DNA of 61,604 bases, the filler included, from Globobulimina sp. (taxonomy: Eukaryota): NCBI GenBank assembly GCA_003354225.1. It is 22 parts of 22 records of this genome, joined end to end, with 100 filler letters (N's around TTAATTAATTAA, not from the genome) between each part and the next. Parts side by side here need not be neighbours in the genome. Positions count along the whole stretch, not along the records: positions 50,493 to 53,195 come from PIVH01005277.1; positions 53,296 to 55,998 come from PIVH01005278.1; positions 56,099 to 58,801 come from PIVH01005279.1; positions 58,902 to 61,604 come from PIVH01005280.1; 18 more parts are not named here. One strand, given 5' to 3'. Within the stretch, counting starts at the first letter, position 1; each line of letters opens with the position of its first letter. The notes below the pieces were generated by a model. It worked only from the letters and a program-made list of their open reading frames with translations, was not told the origin of the DNA and made no database searches. A program made the position numbers and the translations under genes. Positions 50,518 through 58,990 of the stretch are shown piece by piece.

Positions 50518-52667
50518 ATGAAATTTGAACATTTGATGAGATTGCTCAACGACAATAATAAAAATGGAAACGAAGAAAAAACAAATATAAAACAATCAGA
50601 ATATAAAGCATATAAACCACCAAAATATAATTTAAATTATGTAATTGAGCATAAAGTGATTGAAACAGAAGATGATACAAATTCTGTTGATTCAGAACAT
50701 AATGCCGCTATGGCTATGGTGGTGTTGGTGGTTGGCGACAAAGGTGTGGGTAAAACACGTTTAATTCAAAGATATATAACAAATCAATTCATCACTGATG
50801 AAACTGGTCAAACTGCAGCTGATGCGTTGCTACTTCGTATCCATAGAGAGATAGTAAGTGATCAATCAGTTGACATGAAAATTATTGATAACGCAGGTGA
50901 GTATATACCCATTTTTATCTACATAATGACCAATGCGTTATGTAATGAACAGACATAAAAGAGAGCTCAGCTGATGCCATCATTATTTGTTATGATAAAA
51001 ATGAACCGGAATCTTACGAATATTGTTTAAAATTAAGGAAGCAAATTAAGGATTATGTAACAAGCACACACGACACAGTGATAATATTAGTGGCATGCAA
51101 ATCCGACGAAGGTTATTCTGAGCCAAAATTTGAAGAGAAACAAACAATTGATATCATGGATGATTCTGAATGGAAAATATTTAATTTTTGGGCATTGGAA
51201 TGTAGTGCAAAAACCGGAGTTAATGTAGAAAATATATTCATCACTGCAGCTCAACTATTTGTACATAAAAAAGATAAAATAATCAAGAAGAAACCTGTAG
51301 AAATCGATGATGAGCAGTTGATTACGAAGGAATGTATCAGTTTGGCATTGCGTGAAGATGGTAATATTAAATGGACAAAAATTGACTCACAGCATAAAGG
51401 AATTGAGGTGGAATGGGCGTATACCGGAAAAGGGAAAAGAAAGGATTCGATCATCACTGTACGTTCCACTGTGAAAATCAATGTAACTCCGGATGAATTT
51501 TATGATTTCGTGGATGCACAGAACGATGGAATATTTCACGCAAAATTGGAGTGTGATACGTTATGTCTGGAATGCAGAGCAGTGACCAGATATGGCACAG
51601 ATCGTTGTTTGGTTTACAGCGCGTATAAAGCACCAAATATCGCTGATTATTTAATATCGGCAAGAGATTTTTGCTATGTTCAGGTCAGGAAAAAATATCA
51701 AAAATATAAATGTAAAAAGAAAACGAATTATATTGCTGCTGTTATTGGCTACAGTGTGGATGATGCAGTTGATGGATATATACCGCAGCAAAAAGGGCAG
51801 GTTCGAGCACATTTATATATGACAGGGTTGGTGGTGAAGAAAATTATGGATTACAAATATAAATCTAAAGCATATTACATATTAAAAATGGATCCTTGTG
51901 GACGGATACCACAGTTTGTGGTTAATTATACTGCCAAAGAAAAAGGTTATGATATCAAATGGGTTCGAGATCATTTACCAAATTTAATTGAAAAAAAACA
52001 GAAAATAAAGTTAATTAGAAACAATTTAAAACACAAACACGACTGTATTGTATCTGGATATATTCGTGAAATATGTGAAAAACAAAGGATATCGATTCCA
52101 GTATCAATTGTTCGAGAAATAATGATTTTTTATACAGGTTTTGATGCATTTAGTTCAAAAATACGTTTCATTGAAGATAAAAGAATTAAAACAAACTTTG
52201 CAGTTTCAGCATCGGGCTGTGTGGCAAAGCAAATCGTATCATGTGATTTATGTGATTGGTATGAATGGGAATTTAAAGTAAATAAATGGTCATCCGATGG
52301 TGTCATTAATTTTGGGTATATTGGCACACCACAAACTGATACTAATTGGGATACATTTTTGGAATATGAACATAATTGGAAATTTGCTCAGTTTTTTGTT
52401 ACTATCGGCGATAGTGATCGTTTTAAATTATATGGAACAAATCAAACAATTCCAGCAATTAAAAATAAGAAACGACCGTTTATATTGAAAATAAAGCCTG
52501 GCGATCGGTTTAAAACAAGAGTTGATTTTACATCAAAAAATATTAAATTATATTATAACGATGAAAAAATTAATTCTGTTTATAATAAAGTTATACCCAA
52601 TGCGGTTATTCCCGCTGTTTCATTAATCAATGCAGAAATATCTGTTGCCCATGTGGATTATAATTGA
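50518..52667 (+). CDS. Rab/Ras-like GTPase - START - box motif - SPRY-like fusion protein
   Basis: G1 GDKGVGKT, G3 DNAG, G4 CKSD, G5 ECSAK, joined by intron 50897-50952 (GTGAGT...ACAG). START motifs SARDFCYV, GQVRA, DPCGRIPQFVVN. SPRY-like YEWEFKV, GDRF...VDF, PAVSL. Confidence 0.8.
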
Positions 52668-52748
52668 TTTTTTAACCATCAATTGAACATTCTTGAAGAA
52701 AAAAGTTTTTTGTGTCTTGTTCAAACTGGTTCTCGCATTTATTAATCA

Positions 52749-53195
52749 ATGGAAGGGATCCTTGATGAGCTCGCAAAAATATATTTTGAAAGCCCTAAAA
52801 TAGAAAAAAAAAGACTTAAATCATTATTTCACAGAGCATTCCGCGGTGCCAAGAAGCAAATATCAATACAATCACAACATCCACACTTAGAATTCCAAGT
52901 ACATCTTCGAACACTTCTTTGTTTTGGTTATGTCGATTATATGAATAGGAAAAATCGATGGAAATTATATATCCCAACAGATATTAAATTGTTAATCACC
53001 ATTTATTTTCCAGATGTGTTCAAAGCACCAATCGGAAATTTAGGTTGTGGCATATACTTTAATTATAATAATGATGTAGTAAATAGAGCATATAATACAT
53101 TTAGCACTCAGTTACAGCTTATTGATGATGGCTCTGTTGATGTTACGAATGCAGTGGATATTGCAGCAAAATCTATTGGAACTTCTACAACTTTA
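52749..53195 (+). CDS. Hypothetical protein with box motif, 3' truncated
   Basis: Contains LLCFGYV...IPTDIKLLITIYF. Confidence 0.55.
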
Positions 53196-53295
53196 NNNNN
53201 NNNNNNNNNNNNNNNNNNNNNNNNNNNNNNNNNNNNNNNTTAATTAATTAANNNNNNNNNNNNNNNNNNNNNNNNNNNNNNNNNNNNNNNNNNNN

Positions 53296-53567
53296 GTAAA
53301 ATAAACTGTTATAAATACTAATAAGTTGGCATATGGGATGTATTTAATTGCTGTAATATTTAACAATATTAATTGCACGTTGTGTGATATTAATGCACCC
53401 CATATACACAAAAAACCAATCAATAATGAAGTGTTTAGTCTTCTCTTGGATATTTCTTCCATATTTCTTAAGTAATAAAAAGACAGAAACCATGATATCA
53501 TAAATGATATCACTATCAATGATACTCCAAACGTTACAAAATTTAAAATGTTTCGAGTGTTTGTCAT
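53296..53567 (-). CDS. Membrane protein N-terminus (7TM-like), 3' truncated
   Basis: Three hydrophobic helices in ~90 codons. Confidence 0.55.
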
Positions 53568-53779
53568 ATTTTATCTGTTGCTAGAAAGTAAAAAAACTGT
53601 TTGTCACAACTACACGAACCATGACGACAAGAACATAGTTATACCGTGTCTCTATATTGATTCGTATTCAGTTTACTAGTTTCGTGTTATAATTTCATTA
53701 TATTAAGCAACTTATTTTTATATATGTGCCTTATAAATAATTAATATCCAAAAACTAAAAAAAAGGATACAATCAATTA

Positions 53780-55998
53780 ATGATAATGAACAATAAAGAC
53801 AATAATTATAAGGACAATAATCACAATCCACATCGCAAAAAGAAAAAGACAACATCTCAAAAAAATCTATACCACAGACACAAAATACCAAAAAACACCT
53901 TTTCGAACTCAGAACCTCGAAACCAACATAACCAGCCAGCTAATAGAAGAGGCCCCAAACTGGCCCGAATCAGCACAGATCCTGGCTTCGGTGGACAACA
54001 TTCGACCATAGTCTCCATTCCCTCGCTCATGCAAACAAACACGCATCTAACCCCTGTCGAAGATGTAATAATCACTCCCAATCGCACTGGCAATACATCC
54101 CATGGCCAATTCCCAAACGTTTTCATACCCAAAAAACTTGCAAACGCCAAAGGTAAATCGGCACCGCAACATCTAAAACGTAAGCCATTGCCACCGGCGC
54201 CATCCTCAAATAACAAGTACAACAACAATATGCTAACCGGCATGACCTACGACTTCATACCGACCGCCTTCCCCCAGTCCAAATCTATGATGAAACTGGA
54301 AACCACCAAAGACAAAAACACCGGGACGACAACAACGACCACCACTACAATTACAACCTATTCTGTGTTCAATGTAGATTCAGATGCCAGCAAAAGAAAA
54401 CGTTTTCCGTCAACTGGGAAAATAAGATATTCAGCGCCAAATAAAAAACAACCATCGGCCAAGCAGCCCCAACAACAGCCCTTTATCCCTACGTTCTTCC
54501 CTTTGGGCACCACACAAAATGAATTAAAAAGCATGCAATTCGGTTATAAAAACACCAATAACACGAAAAACGATAATAACTTTACGTATATATCTTATAA
54601 CAACAATAATAATAAGAATGCCAACAAAAAAGTCAAAAACAAACCGGGCGGTGCTTATAATAATAATATCAATATATATGCGACAGGCAATGATATGAAG
54701 GACGACTATGATATACCATACGACGAATATGACGAAGAGGATGTGGTTGAAGAGAAACAACATCAAAGACAAAGATCGAAAACATATCAACACGAAAAAC
54801 GAAACAATTATGATGCACAACGCAGGAGAAGTGACAGCGAAATAGTTTCGCCAACCTCGCCAAACCACAATGTCTCATTTGCTGTGTATGACCAACCTCA
54901 GCAATCAAAAGCGTATCAAAACACAAAAACACGCTCCAAGACAGTGCATAATATGATGGCAAAACCAAATCGATTACAACATTCTAAGTCCATTGGCATG
55001 CCGCCACCATATATACCGAAGAAGGTTACCACTACAAAACTAACCAAAGGCTCTAGTTTTGACCCCAATAATAATGATGTTGCTGTTAATCCATTCCCTG
55101 CTCCTTTCATACCGCCACCACCGCCACCACCACAAACATGGAACAATAAACAGAAAAACAACAATGAGAATGTTAATAAACCAATGTTTGATTTAGCACA
55201 GATATTGTTACCAGGACAAGACAGTAAACAAACTTTAACAGAAACGTCGTATGATATGCAATATGATGACAGCGACGATGACTCAAAGCCTGAACCACTG
55301 CCACATTCGTACAATGAAACTACAATAATAAATGTACCAAAAGAAGTAGCTAAAAAAAAACGAGTGCGCCGCAATAGTGATACTATTGTATACACCCCGA
55401 CAAATGCCGCTGTTATTGGCGATAGCTCCTTCATACAACATATAAACACTGCACCTGTGCCACGAAACAGTATGCGGCATTACAGAACACGCAACAAAGA
55501 GCCAGGTCATTTTAAAAACCTTGAAGATGTTAGTAAAGTTAGCAATGACACACCGGACAGTGCCAATGCCAGTTCAGCTACACCTGATTCTTTGATCAAT
55601 CATTGTTTCTCGCAACATGAAGAACTAAGTACGTCCAGCGAGCATAACAGCAATTTAAATGCCGTGAGTTTTCGTGAGAAACATAACCTATCCTTAGTCG
55701 ATGAAATTGCTTCCAATAAAATCCATACAATATTACCTTTTGACCCTCAAACTAGAGTCCATGGCCGACGCAACAGTGCGCCTGAAACGCCCACACCGCG
55801 GAGCATGCTTACTTCGCCGAGTGCGCCCGATATGGAAAACTCGTTGTTTTACCAAGAAAACATGGAACAGAAACCAGCTCAGTTACACAGCAAATTCTTC
55901 CCGCCGGTTGCCAAGAATTCCAACGTTTTGCACAATAAAAACAAGCAATTGATTGACAAACTGTTAGGTTTCAGCACACATGCTTGGAATTTTGACAA
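53780..55998 (+). CDS. Long disordered protein, possibly the N-terminus of a class I cyclic-nucleotide phosphodiesterase, 3' truncated
   Basis: About 740 codons, N/Q/P-rich. Ends at LIDKLLGFSTHAWNFD, resembling the WxFD at the start of PDE catalytic domains. The product call is tentative. Confidence 0.55.
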
Positions 55999-56280
55999 NN
56001 NNNNNNNNNNNNNNNNNNNNNNNNNNNNNNNNNNNNNNNNNNTTAATTAATTAANNNNNNNNNNNNNNNNNNNNNNNNNNNNNNNNNNNNNNNNNNNNCC
56101 AAGGTCTTGCAGTGCTTTTCTATAAAACAGATTGCTCTCTGCACTCCTTGCAAGTTGCAACCAATTGCCCGCCTCCAAAATAAAAATGGAGAGCAACATT
56201 CACAAGTTAATTAATCGACTAATCCAACGTTAACCCTCTGAATCCAAAAACAAACCAACCTCTTAATTCAATTCAGAAAT

Positions 56281-58801
56281 ATGTCACGATTCCCAAGCAA
56301 TATGAGCCTCAACAACGCGACCAACGCAGCCCTAACCAGCCACAATTCCTATATACCAGTCTTACACCAACAGCAACACCAACAGCAACACCAAAAGCAA
56401 GACGAAAAACGAGAAGAACTCTTCCAAGGCGTAATCGAGTGCATTTCCTTCAAACCGCACAAGCAAAAACAACCCGGTTTGCGCGCAAATGTCTTCGTCT
56501 CCAAAGAATGCACCAAAGACCTCTCGGAATACATCGTCGAAGAGAACTGGGGCAAAGACAATGGAATGTTATACAAATACTTGGATTACATTTTTCGTTG
56601 CCAGATCTTCGACGAACAGGTGAAAAAAATCACGCTCGCCAACAAGTACGAGATCGTGGTGTTTCACACCGGTTTACAGCGCCGAATGGACCATAATTTC
56701 CTATACTTCGTACTCAAACAAAACGACCCCGAAAAGCGCAACGCCGAGCAACGTTGGCGAGTCCCGGCCGGCCACATTAACCAATCCTGCATCTCTCAGA
56801 GCGAGCTGATGAGCAAACCGTACTGCTTAAAACATGTGCACTTGCCGCAAAGGACCAAGTTCTATAACTCGCTGCAGGAGCTATTATACGACGAATCGTA
56901 CGAAATCGAGGTGAATTGGCCGGAGCGGCTGCGCACGAACAAAGAGCGCATTTATCAGGAATTGAAGCATAAGTACGACAGCAACAACAGCATCGAAAAG
57001 AACAAGTTAGTGGGCGAGTTGACGGATGCCTTCACCGCGGCGTTGGAGAAGGCCAAGAACCGCGCCAAAGCCAACCCGCGTTTGGCCGTGGCCCAAGGCT
57101 TTGTGGAGACCAAGCATTACAAGAAGAGGGTGGAGCTGCTGTTGCCGCTCAAGGTGCAGTACCCCAAAGACAGCGGAAAGTACCACACCTTCGCCTTGGC
57201 GCTGCGCAAAGTAGAGGGCGGCAAGAAGTACACCGGCATGTCGCTGCTCACTATGAGCATGGCCTACGCCAATGCGCGCTTAGTGGGCTATGTGGACAGC
57301 TCGTGGCTGACCAACGAGAACAGTTTAGTTTAGTTTTTTTGCATTGTGGGCGACGCGCAAAATCGCAATGCATATGCTTTCAGAAAAAGAGAAGAGGGAC
57401 AAAGACGGCGACAAAGAGCGCTTGTCGACGCATGGCACGTCTCCGCAGAACAGTGCGTCGAATGCGTCGTTGAAGAAGGAACGAGAAGCGATGAACGCGC
57501 TCGCTCCAAACCTGATGAATGTGTTCGGAGCGTCCAATGGCAGGATGACCTTCGGCGGCCCGCAACGAGTGAATCGATCGCGTGGCGGTAATGTGGCGAA
57601 CACATTGTATAACCACAACATCGCACAGTCGCTGCCGCCCATTCCCTCCAACGGGCCCATGCCGCATGTCGTGGGTGTACAGGACGTGAATTTGAGCGGC
57701 ATTGCTGGCGGCTACAATGCGTATTATTACCAACAACAACAACAACAACAGCAATATCCGCACAAACAGCAAGTGATCCAACCACCGTATATTGCCGATG
57801 CGCGCAGCGAACAATCTGATAATAATCCGCCATTATCCAATTTCGATACGCAGCCCACGCTCAATAACAATGGCAATGGCAATGGCAATGCGTTTAAATC
57901 TGGTCTTGCCGCAATTCCCTGTGCCAACAATTTAAAATATTCACGCTCTGCGCTGCCGGTCATGGCCCATAATCCTCCGAAATTGCATAATAAATTACCC
58001 GGTATGGCTTCTCAAACACCCTTGTTTTTCAGAAACACGCACTTTGAATGTTTAGACACAGAGCCTGAGGAAGATGAAGAAGACTCTATGTTCGACCAAC
58101 ATTTGGCGAGTTTGAACGAACCGCGCGGATTGACGCTGGACCATACCTCGGAGCAAGAAATCCAAACCTTAAAAGTGCGCAATTTAAAATATTTCCCGTC
58201 CGAACCGCCATTAAAAGACTCTGCCTCGAAACCTCGCAAAAAAAGGCCACCACCAAAACACATACAAGTGCCCATCCAACAATATTACGCCTCGCATAAA
58301 CTGGCCAACGTCCCCCAGCAAGTACAAAAATACGCGCAGCCCACCACGCAGCAATTTGGAGTGGTGCCCTATCAAAAGACGCATTACAGCAATGCCGAGG
58401 ATACGCGCAGCAATCACAGCGACAATGGGCAATCACCCAAATACCTGTTGCAAGCCTCGCAATTGCCCAATGACTGCGGCGTGAATACCTTGCGCCAGAT
58501 CTTCGGCGGGACAGTGCCGCTGCAATCCGTCCATTTGGTGGACGACGACAAGACCGCCGTGTTGCGCTTCGAGAGCCAGAACGACTTACAAGACGCGGTG
58601 CTGTTCGCCAAGCAGTTTGCGTCGTGGATGGAGTGTGCCACCATATCCAATTCGCCATATTTGAAGAACTTCGACCAGCAAAATGTATGGCAATACCAGG
58701 AGTCCAATAAATGGAAAGCGCATCACGAAGAAATGGGCGCTATGATCGACCAAATCCCGCCGCGCACCGACTTGCTCATCGAGCATGGTTCGAGGAAGTA
58801 T
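56281..58801 (+). CDS. DUF3825-like domain + Q/N-rich linker + RRM-like + WWE protein, 3' truncated
   Basis: DUF3825-type motifs LYKYLDYIF, FHTGL, AVAQ, ELLLPL, LLTMSMAYANARL...SWL. Phase-1 intron 57323-57383 (GTTTAG...TTCAG) fuses the two ORFs. RRM-like region at ~58442-58620 and WWE-like WQYQESNKW from ~58685. Confidence 0.75.
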
Positions 58802-58990
58802 NNNNNNNNNNNNNNNNNNNNNNNNNNNNNNNNNNNNNNNNNNNNTTAATTAATTAANNNNNNNNNNNNNNNNNNNNNNNNNNNNNNNNNNNNNNNNNNN
58901 NATGATAGTTTTCACAAATCAAGCACACAATAAAATTAATTCTTTTGATACGAGTTAATTGATGAAGGAACAGCAAATATTGATGTATTA

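Noticed and set aside
57325-58786. Numerous overlapping antisense and alternate-frame ORFs (also 391-2028 and 53857-55510)
   Set aside because: Shadows of the real coding strand caused by codon bias and repeats, with no motifs.
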